From assembly GCA_047967505.1 (NCBI GenBank), contig CM106538.1: a stretch of 64,000 bases of DNA. One strand, written 5' to 3'. The notes beneath the pieces are model-generated. The model was not told the DNA's origin and made no database searches. It was given only the letters and a program-made list of their open reading frames with translations. This stretch comes from Dipteris shenzhenensis. Lineage: Eukaryota. The translations under genes and the position numbers were made by a program. Positions 26,050 through 39,737 of the stretch are shown piece after piece (the first letter of the stretch is position 1; each line of letters opens with the position of its first letter).

Positions 26050-26990
26050 GGTTGCATCCAGGATGAGCGGTACATTCTCCAACATGTTCGGACGTTTAGG
26101 CCAAACAGAGTTGGCTGACATGGAGAACCCCTTCGCCGGCATGTCTGCAGGAGGGGAAGGTCAGCAACATCTAGCTCCTGAACCACAGACCGCCACTAGG
26201 ATGGAAGCCACCTTCGTAGACCCAGGACCCTATGCCTATGCAAGACCTCCCCAATGGGAACACATGGATGAGGGAATTCAGGAGGCAAGATCCCAGCTGA
26301 GGGGATGCGAGGAACTTCCAAGGAGGGGCGCCTTATGAACCCCCCACAGTCCAAGTGCCACCAACCTATGGGGTACCACAGTTCCCACCTTATCGCCCAT
26401 TGCATGGAACTAATGTTCCCATGCCCTAGGACCCAACTCCTCTGAGAGTATGTCCCTTTCCATCCATACCTGTTGCACCGATGAATGCAAACCTTAGCAC
26501 ATCTGTTCCAATGCCAGTACCAGTAACTACGTGGATACCACCACTAGAGCACCAGGCTTAAGGCCAGCCCTGCGTCCTATCAGGCCCACAACAACATGAC
26601 CCTTGCCAATCACTTAAATAGTGTTAACTGATGAGGCAATGCGCATCTTGGTGAATGCCTTGGGAAGGGGGACCACACCACCTCCACCCGCCCCAGTGCT
26701 TCCTATAGGGATTGCAAATCCCTCGAGGAGCTAACCCATAGCAATCTCCAAGTTAATGACCAAGTTCCTAGGAGAAGGAGACCCGGTTGCCCATGTGGAG
26801 TGATTTGAGCAAATTTGCAAAGCTTTTGGTGCTCTTAGGGACCTAGAAATGGCCAATGCGTTTGGTCTCAACTTGGATGGCAAAGCAGGACAATGGTATA
26901 GGGCTCTCACCCCAAAAGAGAAAATCAACTGGGAGACATTGAGAAAGGCCTTCATTGTGGGGTTCACCCCAGCAACCAAAACTAAATCAG
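26050..26990 (+). mobile_element. Ty3/gypsy gag remnant (Gypsy-2, left part)
   Basis: KFLGEGDPVAHVE*FEQIC...AFGLNLDGKAGQWYRAL...INWETLRKAFIVGF is a retrotransposon gag pattern. Confidence 0.75.
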
Positions 26991-26994
26991 CCCA

Positions 26995-29844
26995 TAAAAG
27001 AAGGGGAAAGAAAGAGTTTGAAAAGCTTTATTTGGTGCATTTAGACGTATGTGGTCCCATGCCTACACGGTCATTAGGCAGGGCTGAATACTATGTGACA
27101 TTCATTGATGATGCAACTAGGAAAGTGTGGGCTTATGCTATAGCTCGGAAGAGTGATGTGTTCTAGGTATTTCAAAAATGGCTGGCCTTGGTTGAGAATC
27201 AGTCAGGTAGAATGCTTAAATGCCTACGGACTAACAATGGTGGAGAGTATCTCTCTCATGACTTTCAACATTTCTATGATACATGTGGGATTAAGAGGGA
27301 GCTCACATCCCCTCATACTCTAGAGCAAAATCCAGTTGCAGAAAAGATGAACCATAATATTCAAGAAAGGTTGCAATGCATGCTTTCCAATGCAAGTCTT
27401 TCTGGTGGTTTTTGGGCTAAGGCAATGAAGACTGCAGTGCATGTGATCAATAGATCACCTAGTAAGAGTTTAGATGGTGGTATTCCTGAAGAGGCATGGA
27501 GTGGCAAGAAGCCCTCTTACTCTCATTTGCGTATATTTGGGTGTGAGGCATATGCACGTGCCAAAAGATCTTCGAAAGAAGCTAGATCCTAAGTCTAGGA
27601 AATGCATCTTTCTGGGTTATGGTGAAAGTGGAGAGATGGGCTATCGTCTCTGGGATCCAGAAGCAAAGAAGATCATACATAGCCATGATGTATTCTTCAA
27701 TGAGAAGAAGATGCATAAGGCACCCATGAGGGATGTTGAAATGAGGAGAATCACTTTCCAGGATGTGAATCCACCTACATATGTTGATAGACAGCAAGCT
27801 GTCCATGCACCAAATGTGCAAGAAATGGTACCACCAAATACTCCCACAGGTATACAATCAAGGGTAGATGATGGATCATTTATTGGTGGAAATGATGAGC
27901 CAAATGTGGCTGATATGCAGGTGGGACAGCAAGCTGAAATGCCCTTGAGAAGATCATCTAGAGTGTCTAGACCACTTGATAGGTTTGTTCCAGGGGTAGA
28001 CTATGTGATGCTTACTGATTGCAGGGAGCCTTCTTGCTACAGAGAGGCTATGATGCGCGAGGATCAATGCAAGTGGGAGTATGCTATGCAATCAGAGATG
28101 AGTTCACTTATGAAGAATAAGACTTGGGACTTGGTTTCTTTGCCACATGGAAAGAAAGCATTGCCATGTAAATGGATCTACAAGATGAAGGTCACAGGTG
28201 ATGATGTGTCTAGGTATAAGGCCCGTTTGGTCGCTAAAGGTTCAAGCAAGAGAAGGGTGCGGACTTTGATGAGATATTCTCTCCGGTTGTGAAGATGATT
28301 ACACTTAGATGCATGCTTGGACTAGTGGCAGAAGAGGATATGGAGCTTATGCAGATGGATGTCAAGACAGCTTTCTTACATGGGGATTTGCATGAGGAAA
28401 TTTACATGGTGCAGCCAGAAGGCTTTGAAGAAAAGGGCAAAGAACATTTAGTTTGCAAGCTGAAGAAGAGTCTCTATGGTCTTAAGCAAGCGCTTAGAGA
28501 ATGGTATTAGAAGTTTGATGCTTTCATTTGGTCCCAGGGTTTTAGAAGGAGTGAAATTGATCACTGCCTCTACACTAAAAGGGCTAAGGATAATAGCCTG
28601 ATAATCCTGGCACTATATGTGGATGATATGCTATTGGCTAGCAAGAATACTTATGAGCTAGATGCATTAAAGGCCAAGTTGCATGAGGCCTTTGATATGA
28701 AGGATTTGGGACTTGCAGGTCATATTCTTGGTATCACGCGTGATCAGAGTAGGAAACTCCTTTGGCTTTCACAGAAGGAGTATGTTACAAAAGTATTGGA
28801 GTGTTTCAATATGGAGGGGGGGAAGGCAGTGAGTACTCCATTGCCTCCATATGTGAAACTGAGTCATACAGATAGTCTCAAATCAGATGAGGAAAGATGG
28901 CCAAGGTTCCTTATGCATCAGCAGTTGGGAGTCTTATGTATGCTATGATAGCTACTAGACCAGACATTGCATTTGTAGTGGGAGTTGTTAGCCGATATAT
29001 GGCTAATCCAGGAAAGAGGCATTGGGAGGCAGTTAAGTGCATCATGAGGTGTATACATGAAGGGTACCAAGGAGATGTGCATCTGCTTTGGTAAAGGAGA
29101 CATGCGTGTACTTGGGTACACAGATTTAGACTATGCAAGGCATGTGGATAGTAGGAGATCCACTTCTGGTTATGTGTTCACCTTTGCAAGTGGTGCAGTA
29201 TCGTGGATGTCTCATGCACAGAAGTGTGTTGCTTTGTCTACCACAGAGGCTGAGTATATTTTGCAACCACAGAGGGTTGCAAGGAAACTATATGGCTTGA
29301 TCGGCTAGTGGGAGATTTGGGGATTCATACAGGTGTACCGACATTGCATAGTGATTCCATGAGTGCTATTCAGCTAGCACGGAATCCAGTCTTTCATACA
29401 AAGACCAAATACATTGAGGTCAGGTACCATTTCATCAGGGAGGTTCTTGAGGACAAGCGCATAGAGCTTGTCAAGGTTCATACAGATGATAACCCTGCAA
29501 ATATGCTGACGAAGAGTCTACCTAGTCAATGGTTTGAGTATTGCCGTGTATTGATGGACATTGGATAGTATGCTCATAGTTTGTTCTCCCTTAAAGGCAC
29601 ATTGTCCTTTAAGTGGGAGGTTGTGGGGGTTTAAGGTCACTGTGCCTTTGTCCCGGTTATGTACAATACTCAAATGCATATATAAATGAATGAAAAAGAA
29701 GATTAGGGTGTTCTGCACCCACCAAAACTTGTGTGGCTCTCTGTTTCTCTCTCTCCCTCTTTCGTTCTTGCTTTCGTTGAGAGCACTCTCACTTAGGGAG
29801 TTTGAGCCCCAAATCGCCTAAGCCTTGGAGGTATGAGGCTTACA
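26995..29844 (+). mobile_element. 5'-truncated Ty1/copia element (Copia-1, Tnt1/Tork-like): INT-RT-RH plus 3' LTR (29622-~29844)
   Basis: LVHLDVCGPM, YYVTFIDDATRKVW, KLDPKSRKCIFLGY, RYKARLVAKG, QMDVKTAFLHGDL, LYVDDML, PDIAFVVGVVSRYM, NPANMLTKSL. PPT AAGTGGGAGG at 29611-29620 precedes TGT. Confidence 0.9.
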
Positions 29845-29949
29845 CAAGTGCTATTTGGGAGCCAGCTAGGAACACCTCCTAACGCCAGGCTTGTCCCAAG
29901 TGCTCTTATATGGTTAACACAACGCTATTTCCGCTAGGAGGGAGAGATG

Positions 29950-31100
29950 GAAAGAATAGCAAGATGCCTTGAATTTCCAAATGTTGATGAAGAAAGAAAA
30001 GGTATAGAATGTTTCCAAACTATGCAAATCTGGGCAAAGGCTAAAATTGATGAGTTAATAAGGTCAAGATTCACTTTTGTAGTGGACCTAAGAAAAATGG
30101 ATATTTCCCATCAATGTAGTACCTATGAAGAACAAAAATCTGAGGGGGTATGTGGATTGTAGGAAGTTGAATGAAAGGAATGTCAAAGTCTCGTTTCCAC
30201 CCTTTGCTAAAAGCATTCTAGATAAAGTAGTGGGGCATGAGATATATTCATTTATTGTATATGGGTACAAGGGGTACAACCAAATCACCATGACCAAAGA
30301 AGATACAGAGGATCAATTTCATCATTGAATGGGTGAAAACTCAAGTGATGCCAAAATATGCACCACCAACATGGTGGACACATTCTAGGAGTACATTGAT
30401 GGTGGACACATTCTAGAAGATCACATTCTAGGAGTACATTGATGAACTCCTAGTACTTATTTGGGGTGACTTTTTAGTGTACAAAGTACAAATCCAATGC
30501 AAGTGGAATGTCTATAGAAGGTTCTTGAGAAGTGCAAGGAGCATAAAGTCTTCCTTAATCCATACAAATATGCATTTTTTTTCTTTTAGGAGTATTGTTG
30601 GGGCACACCAATTCGGATGAATGGATTATGAAATAAAATGAAGATTAGTGTCATTTAAAGATGAAGGATCCAACCATTGTCAAGCAAGGTCAAATAGGAT
30701 TTTTAAGTTTCTCTTGGAGACTTATTAAAAAGATTACTAGAATAGTTGAACAACCACATCTTACAAGCTACAAGGAAGGAAGCAAAGTTCAAATGGGGGA
30801 GGCATATCATTTCAAAATCTACAAGAGATGGCAGTAAAAGCTCCAATACTTTAAAAATTCAATTTGAATAGGATCTTTTATGCATTTCAATGCATCGAGG
30901 ATGGTTATTGGGTTGATTGTCACTCAACCCAAATAGAACATGGATTTTTATGAAAGACAAATATTTACAATGGTGAACAAAAATTACTCCACAACTAAAA
31001 GGGGAGCACCGGGAGTGTCATACAATATTCAAAAGTTTTGGCAAGCAGTGCTTTTTTGTTCTTCTAGGATAATCAAGCATTATTGTATTTGACCAACAGA
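29950..31100 (+). mobile_element. Heavily degraded gypsy RT/RNase H remnant, non-chromovirus (Athila/Tat-like; Gypsy-2, right part)
   Basis: LRGYVDCRKLNE...FPPFAKSILDKVVGHEIYSFIVYGYKGYNQI resembles the Athila/Tat RT motif (LDGYSGYNQI). Confidence 0.7.
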
Positions 31101-34100
31101 ATAATCATCGAATTAATAAGTCTTGGTACTTTTTCACCCATCATGCATCTTGATGAAGATTCTACAAAATCAATTTATGTTTCCTCGTTACAAAATCCAT
31201 CCTACTCAAAATGACACTTGAGGCACTCAGATTTGATAGGGACAAATTTACAAGATAGTCTAGCATTTTTCCTTTTGAACGCTTTCCGAACTTCGTATCA
31301 ATCCTCCTTTGACTTTCTTCTAGAATATTTTCCATTTAATTTAAGGACTCCCCTCTCCTTGTAGCTTTGTTTATCTCAACCTTAAGGGGGGAGATAGAGC
31401 TAACCTCCATAGTGAAACTCTACTATACATGACCAACATGGTCTTGATTTTTTGCCTTCAAGTACCTCCTCTCATACTTTTCATTCACACAAAATAATTG
31501 TGACAATGCACTAGGAGTCACACATAGAGCACACAATAACTCAAGCTCGTTGCAAGCCTTCTTATGAATGAGAAGCCCTATAAAAGGATGTATTGGGTCC
31601 CATATACAAGATGGGATTCTCCCATAGCTATATCTAAGGCATTTTGAGTCAATACGTAGGGATTTATGTTAGCTGCTCATAGCGAGTCACATAAGGGAGG
31701 CCATCCATCTCCATAGATCAACTCACCATGTTTTGTAGGCCCTTATTGAAATACTCCTCTTTAAAGAGGCCCATTTTGGTACGAGTAGGATTTAGAAAGC
31801 TTGGAGAAGGAACCACTTATATCTTAAGTGTACAACCTGGTGCCTAGATTAGGATTGTATTCTCTTAGAACAATACTTATGTTCAAACCATGGATCAATT
31901 GGCATAATAAGTTTGTGGTGACTCCATACCATAGGGGGAAAACGTAGGCTTATGGTGGTGGGCATAATAGGGTAAATTCTAGACATTTAGGCTCCATGGT
32001 CTCGCCCAAAAGAATGTGCACTTTATCTTGGTAGTACAATGCCTTGATATTAGAGAGCCTCCAGTAAATTTTACTATTTTTAGTTTTTTCAAGATCTTGC
32101 TTGCAAGAAAATCCTTGGTGATGCACAAGGTTCTTCTAATGATGGATTGGTATGTACCTTTGTGCTATTTCTAGCATGATCATGTAAGAACAAAAATTTT
32201 GATAGGCTTTCAAGCCTTTTACCCTGTGGAAGACAAGATGTGAGTCACCTATATAAGTCATTTTTATCAAGTGGTGGGAAGGCTCCAATCAAATTGGTAG
32301 GGCCAATTTTCTTAGAGAAAACTATATGTGAGTCACCAATATAAGTCATTTTTATCAAGTGGTAGGAAGGCTCTAATCAAATTGGTAGGGCCAATTTTCT
32401 TGGAGAAGACTATCACTATCAATGCAAGACAATCATCACAAACCCAAAATTCTTTAGCAACATGGATGGAGAGCTATCATAGCTAATATTCCATCACTCA
32501 AGTGGTGCACCTCAATGCATGCACCACCACATAGTAAATACCTTCTTCTAGGGAATTACATGATAGAGATGATGGATGATTGGTTTATAGTATAAGGATT
32601 CGATATCTGGTCTAGTACTAAACACTATTTGAGAACAAGTGGATTGGCATCTTTCTTTAAAAGAGGATTGCCCACTACAAGTGGTATCATGCAATCCTAA
32701 GGAATGGTTTTGGGTACTAATTATCTCGTCTAGTACCAAATACTAATTGAGAAGAAGTGGATTAGCATCTTTTTCTTTGAGAGGATTGCCCACTATAAGG
32801 GGTATCATGCAATCCTGAGGAATGGTTTTGGGTACTAGATAACCTATAGATAGATTGAATTCCCTACCAATATTTGATCATACTATTGTGCATGATCTAA
32901 ACAAGCAAGAGCCATATTTTAAATAGTATTGAAAGCAAACTAAAATTATTACCACTAGAAGAGGCTCCTTAAATAAACTAGAACAACAAAGGAAAAACCA
33001 CTATCTATGATGCACCATCCTTGATCCTTGATCCTTGAAATTTTATTAATGTGCATTCTTTCTTCATAATGTAGTTGGTGTCTTCAAAGCGAATTCTAGG
33101 TTGCACATTACCTAGTTGAGCAAATTTATGACAAGCATATGCTTGTAGAATTGATCAAATATATGTGAAGATATATATTTTTTATTCCACTTCTTGAAGC
33201 ATGTCTATTTCAAAGTTTTTTTAGATATAAGGTACCCTCGCATAAAAAATGCCCTCCCCACCTTCACGCTCTCAACCTAGGTCAATGCTCTTCAAGTGTA
33301 ACTTTTTTAGATGTATCTCGTTGAAAATGCAAGCATTCTCAAAATTTGTGCTTTAATCTAAGAATTATATTCCACGTAACAACAAATAATTTGTTATAAT
33401 CATAGTGAATGTTTAAGGGAGCATAGGGAGGATGATAAAAAAGTTAACATAGTCTATATACAAATGATCAAGAATGGTGATATTTTTCATTCATGTTTAA
33501 GGGAGCATAGCAAGGATGATAAAAAAGTTAACATATTCTATATAAAAATGATCGAGAATGGTGATATTTTTCATTCACGTTTTGCCTATACATGATGAAC
33601 ATGGAGCCTATTAAGAAATGATGAAACCTCCTTACTTGCTACACTTCATGCTCGTTCTTCACTTTATAATTTTCTTAGTTTGATTTCTAAAAGGCGGTTA
33701 TTTATTAAGGGGGATTTGCTTCATACTACGTTTTTAATTTTTTCCTTGAAGATGTTTTTGCTCTTGTGAGAGCCTTTATTTTAAAGTACAAAGAGAATAA
33801 TATTTACATTTTTCTTGAATATGTTTTCACTATTGTGATAATGGTTATTTTAAAAACGAGAATAATATATGAAGATTTTAGTTTCCATTGTCAGTATCAA
33901 GAGAAGCAACAATCAATGTAAGGTAGCAAGAAGGCTAAATTTTATTAGATAGTAACTATTATTATTTAAAGAAGATAACATATAAAAGTTCACAATCAAA
34001 AAGTCTACAATCAGATCAACCTATATGGAATGAATACTTTTTTGTATAGAGGCAACTATATGGTTTTTTTAAACATAAAAATCCAGCTATATTAGATTAT

Positions 34101-37100
34101 AGGTGTCTTTTTGTTAAATGAAAGATATGAATGGAAGCAATATGAGAAAAAAATATAACATGGGGATTAAAGGATATTATCTATGGGCTCATGCCTCATT
34201 GTGCAATTTCCTAAATAGTAAGAGACAGTAAAGGCCCCATTTCCTTGTGACTTTGCAAGTGATTTAGGGTGAGTAGAGAGGCAAGGGACACCAAAGAAAA
34301 CTGATGAGTAAAATAAGCACATACTATGTGTTGCACAGCTAAACATTCTTCCATCCCCTACATGTCATTAAAGAAGACATGCAACAAGCATACACAATGT
34401 CATTGAGACATCTCTAGGTGTGGAAACAACTTGTTAATTCTTTTAGTGAGTAGCTATAAAGGCAAGCCATCAAGGTAGAAGATGAATTGAAAATGGTCAG
34501 TTGGAAATAGAGGCATTGATGCAAGAGAACATAACTTAAAGAGACAAATCATACTACCAAATTTGAAGTCAAATACCGCCATGCCTTTCACAAAAACTAA
34601 GGGATAATATGAACACAAAACATTTCTATAATGGCAAGGGCCATGCAACATAAATCAAAGAAATAAAGTAGGGACCTTTCATAATTTGATTTTACTTTGA
34701 AGTGAGAGCATTAGCTTGCCTCCATTCATATAGCTAACTTGAGGCTAGTTACAACCAAATGCCTCTAAATGGGAAGCATCCTAACATGCACTCCACTCTA
34801 ATATTGCTATCATAGACCATGCTACAAAACAAGAGATGAACTAAACACATGTATTAATGCAATACAACAAAGGCGTAGATGGACAAATTAGATAACCAGA
34901 GTGAAACAAACTCTTTTAAAAAACATTATTTCTCCTTTTAATCATAAAGAGAGGTTCGACCAAAATTCTGATATAATAAATGGTAAGTCCATCAGTTTTT
35001 GGTTTTATTGGAAGAAGGCTCACTAGAGTAGTTAGATCTAACTTTTGTTTTAATAGCAATGAGTTACATAATGTTATACTCTCACGTTACATAATCAATT
35101 AAAATATTGAGGCCATTTGTTGTAATTGCAAAGTTATTACCATCAACTTCAAAGTGTTCTAATATCTCAAAACCTCCTGTAACAATGAAAAGTTGGTTTG
35201 TAAACTGAATCTTTAAGAATGTAAAGAAATTCTAAAGTAGCATGCACTCATACCTAAAAGAATTGTCATTAAATTGCACCACCATGTGTGAAACATAACT
35301 AGCCCCAAGTAAAGCTTAGACCTAGGAATAGCTTTTATAGTTGTATTGGTGTCAAGCGAAGGCCCAACAATTGTAAATGTTTATGTATCCAACTTTACCA
35401 ATAAGGGAAATGATAGGTTATCATCGCATCACCTGTGGTCAGATTCAATATGGGGAGGAGCTTGTATTTCATTCCTTGAAGTGGGATCACAACCCTTAGA
35501 GAGGATGCGGGCTTGGGAATTCCCAATTTTAGGTCCCTTTGGTTGGTTTAGAGAAGGTGTTTTGGTTATAATTACATAGTTTATGCCCAACAGAGTAGCT
35601 TTTTGGATGAACCTTGGTGCTCGGTCGCACTAAGTGATCAATTAGACAAATTGGAATAAAAGAAGTAGATAGCCATGATATTTATTGCATATCCAATTAA
35701 GGTAAAAGGTCATAATTGCTTGTGTAGGGTTTGAAAAAGTTTAACTAGATGGATTGATGCTACAATATTGTGCGATGATGCTTTATTTTTGGAATTGATT
35801 TCGACCAAGTGATTCCTCTTTCTACAAAGGCATGCCTCCCTCTCAATTCGAGGAGGACATGATAGACGAACAAGTGAAGCCTCGCATTATTAGATATAGC
35901 TTCTTACTGCCATCAAACAACAATTTGGTCCACATGCACAAGATATTGAGCCAAGCCAATGCAGGGGGTTCAAATAGTCTAGCCTAATAACAACATGTCC
36001 AATTAGATTTTGGTGGCATTTATGTTGGAAGTGGCCCAAGGGATTCTTTTAAGTAGGAAAAAGTATCATGTGGTATACACAACCCTTACAAATGAGGATC
36101 TAGAAATTCAAACTCAATTGAATAAGGATATGTTTCAAAATCGATCCCATGATCTATTAGAGAAAGAAGACCTTATTTAAAGGTGGTAGGTCGATCTTGA
36201 CAAACATATGATTTTTATTGAGAAATTTATTATTATGAGAATGGCTAATGTTTTACACACATGCTACCAAGGAGGCCAAGCAGGATGCTCTCAATTGAGC
36301 CTACCCACCTATTAGGCCCACTTGGTTTAACTTGCATAACCATTTGTCACAAGCCCACTTGGTTTAACTTGCATAACCATTTGTCACAAGTCCTGATCGT
36401 TTTACGGGCTTGGGTAGATTATCATTTTAGGTGATACTACAACCTTGCTCATCTATAACACTCATTTGGCATCCATAATTAGCACTAGCATTCGTCCCCA
36501 AAATGCTTCTCTTAGTCCTTTGTCACATTAGATAGCTTTTAATGTGATGTTTAGTGTGAAGGAAAATAATCATTACTTCTATGACCAATTATCTTATGGT
36601 CAAACTGAATTCAACATTTTGTATGTTCATGTCATGATGGTGGTTATCATGATTTTTTGCTATATGTTGCTTACCTCTATAGGCTTGAGATAACTTTTTC
36701 TCAGTAATCATGATTGCCAACTATACATCATCGACTCTATAGCGTTTAGTTGTTTTTTCCCTTGTGTAAAGATATGAATTCAGCAATTTTCAAAAAACAA
36801 AAGGAACTAAGCTCATGAAGGTACATGCAAGGAAAATCCTCAAAATATTTGGCAAATTGAAAACCTCAGGGATGGAGTCATTTTCGAAGACTAGATGTGT
36901 GTTTGAGTGTACCTACGCATACATCAAAAGTATCTAGTGTCTACTCTCAAGTTTAGCATAGTAGATTGAAACACAATATTGTGCTTTTGGCTTATGGAAA
37001 AAGCAAATAAAGCTTGAACCTTGGCATTCTAGCATGCCTAACAGTCCCCTTGTGATAAGTTTCAAGTAGGAGACTGACAAGGAAAATGTCAAGTAGGAAG

Positions 37101-38426
37101 CACATCTATCTCTTTCAACCAAGTATCCAACTAGTAAACTCACAAGAGGCTTATTCTGGCAAAGTTGCAATTCACGAACAAGATCTAGAAACTTGGTTGT
37201 CCAACTTTTGGTGTGCTTTTGCCAAAACAGGACGGGGGTTGTTAGGGTTATAGTAGCTTTTTGAAAAATTTACATTTTATTTTCAATTACTCGATGAGAT
37301 GTGGCACTTCATTGATTGTAATTTATTAAGGTGTAACGTTTTTAGGTTGATTAAATTAGCGCTAAAAACTGTTATCATCTACGTGCATCTCTAGCCAAAC
37401 TCTACAACATGATGCGAAGATTGTCTATGAATTGTTTTGTAACACCCTCCTTCCTAACTTGTGTTATTTAGCTTGCCATCTTACCTTTGTGTCTTCCAAA
37501 TTTGAGGCATCCATTAGCTCACATCCAAGCTAAATGTGGATACTCTATCAGGTCCATAGCATTGGTATACAATTCGTGTGCTATCTTCCAAATTTGAGGC
37601 ATCCATTAGCTCACATCCAAGCTATATGTAGATAATCTATCAGGTCCATAGCATTGGTATACAATTTGTGTGCATAGTTAGCCGACGTAAATGGTTAGTA
37701 CACATTATCCAAGATTATCTTCACCATCAAACATCTATGACATTCTTTAAATTGGGTTCCCAGCTGTATTTTCCTAGTCGTTTATGGAACTATATTCCTT
37801 CAAGTATCTTTTGGATGGCTTTAATGTAGTGCTGGTAAAGTAATGAACTTATGCCTATTTAATTAATGACAGCGGCTGATAACACCATAATGGACTGGAT
37901 CTTTATAGCTTTGTGTCATTGTTTCGTTTGTCATGCCCTTCACATTGGAAGAAGGGTCTAAAGGTACACACATATTGATCCAGGGGAATGCACGCCCTTG
38001 ACAGTTTCAGTACAGAGGAAAACATTTCCGCTAATGTTTATTTGATGTTTCTGGCTGCATGATGATTTCATGTCTCTTATGCTATGCTTGTGATGTGTGC
38101 TTGCTTGGTGCGAACATATGATATAGGATTCTCCTTGTAGGCCATCCTCTGGTGGTTCTAGTGATACGCTATAGGCCATGGCATGTGCCTTGTAGGCATA
38201 AATAAAGACACTTATAGTGTTAGTGTCTTTTAGGCCACATAGGACACTTAGTCCTATGTTACACCTAGGACACTTAGTCCTAGGTCTAGGTACTTGTACC
38301 TTGTACTCCTTTGTTTTTGGTTTAATCTAAGTTTGACATGACGGGTGTTCTTCTGCGACCCTTTGCTACCTGCACTCTCTCTCATTCGACCCTTCAGTGG
38401 TATCAGAGCCAGGATCTTCTTCCTGT

Positions 38427-38645
38427 GCACCCTTTCTGTATAGATCGTACTAGTTGCCCGTACACCTGCCGTACAGTGCTGTACCTGCTCCCAAGCACCC
38501 TTTCCGTACAGATCGTACTAGTTGCCCGTACACCTGCTGTATTGTGATGTACCTGCTCCATCGTTCAACAAATCTGCTATCCTGCGCCATTTCTCCGTAC
38601 AATCCGTACAATAGTACGGACGTCTGTACAGACACGTACGGATAC
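38427..38645 (+). promoter_or_regulatory. CCGTACA/GTAC motif array in the Copia-2 leader (putative SBP/SPL sites)
   Basis: 13 GTAC cores in about 195 bp, with tandem TCCGTACAA-TCCGTACAA at 38594-38611. The array is seen directly; the function is inferred. Confidence 0.55.
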
Positions 38646-39737
38646 CATACATTTCCTGCAGCTGCTGTTCCAGGGACTTCCAGGAGTTTTTCATCGGCAA
38701 CTTCACAGGCGTCTGTCCACAGCACTTCGCAGATCCCCATCAGCTAGTTTAGGCCTTGTACGGCTGTCTTTTCACACCGGGCTACTTCTACAGCAGATCG
38801 TGATCTGTCTAGGACACTCTTCAAGGATTTCTAGCAGCTACATCGTTAGCTCAAAGCCTTTTGAGGCAGTTCCAACCATCTTGTAGCTGCTCCTTCACCT
38901 CGACTTGCTGCTGCTGCTCTGCTGGAGACTCTATCTCCATCGCAGGTACATCTACTGGCTAGGCGACCAGCTGGATACAAATTTTCAGCTCGCAATCCGT
39001 ACTAGGCTCTATTTTGAGGCAGCTCCAAGTGGCGAATGCTCATCTACAGCAGGCGCCTACTCCACGCAAGTTATTTAGGAGCCTCTCTAGAGTTGTCCAA
39101 TTTGCTCTCTACAGGATACTACAGCCTCCCTTTTGCTGAACCTACTGCATTGTGACAGTATTTGATTGTCAAACCCTAATTTCCAACATGAAAATTTAGG
39201 ACTTTTGACATCTAGACCTTCAACCTGTCAATACAATATTTTGGACAAGGTTGACAACTGAAATCTTTCCAAAAATTGAAGTTTTCTGTTAATTTCAGGT
39301 TCAGGACTGTCACATTGTGCCACGTCATCACTCAAGTCAACAAAATTTGAGGCTTTTGTGTTGGGAGCTCAATTTCAGCTGGTGTTTGGGAAAGTAAATC
39401 ATACTTTTGCAGTTTAAAGCCTTGAGGCTATACATTGGGTCAGATTTGCATACATTGGGTCACATTTGCAAAAATTTCAGCAAAATTTGGGGCTTTTCTG
39501 TATTTGCCCTCTTTTTGGCCTACTTGCCCTCAATAAATTTGGGGCTTTTGCTAGATTTACTGTTTTTGCAGTGAACATTGCCTGCCACAGTCACATTTGG
39601 GTCATATATGCATTTGCCCTTTGATTTGGGTCAGAAATTTGTAGATATTTGCTGTCATTTTTGGACAGCCAGCTTTTTGCAGTGATAGCCTTGAGGCTTT
39701 TGGGTTTTCAGGTCTTTTTCAGGGTATCACATTTGCT

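Noticed and set aside
31100-37900. AT-rich intergenic stretch that may hold decayed DNA-transposon or other coding remnants
   Set aside because: I could not read any diagnostic motif, TIR or TSD; a profile search (Dfam/REXdb, tBLASTn) is needed.
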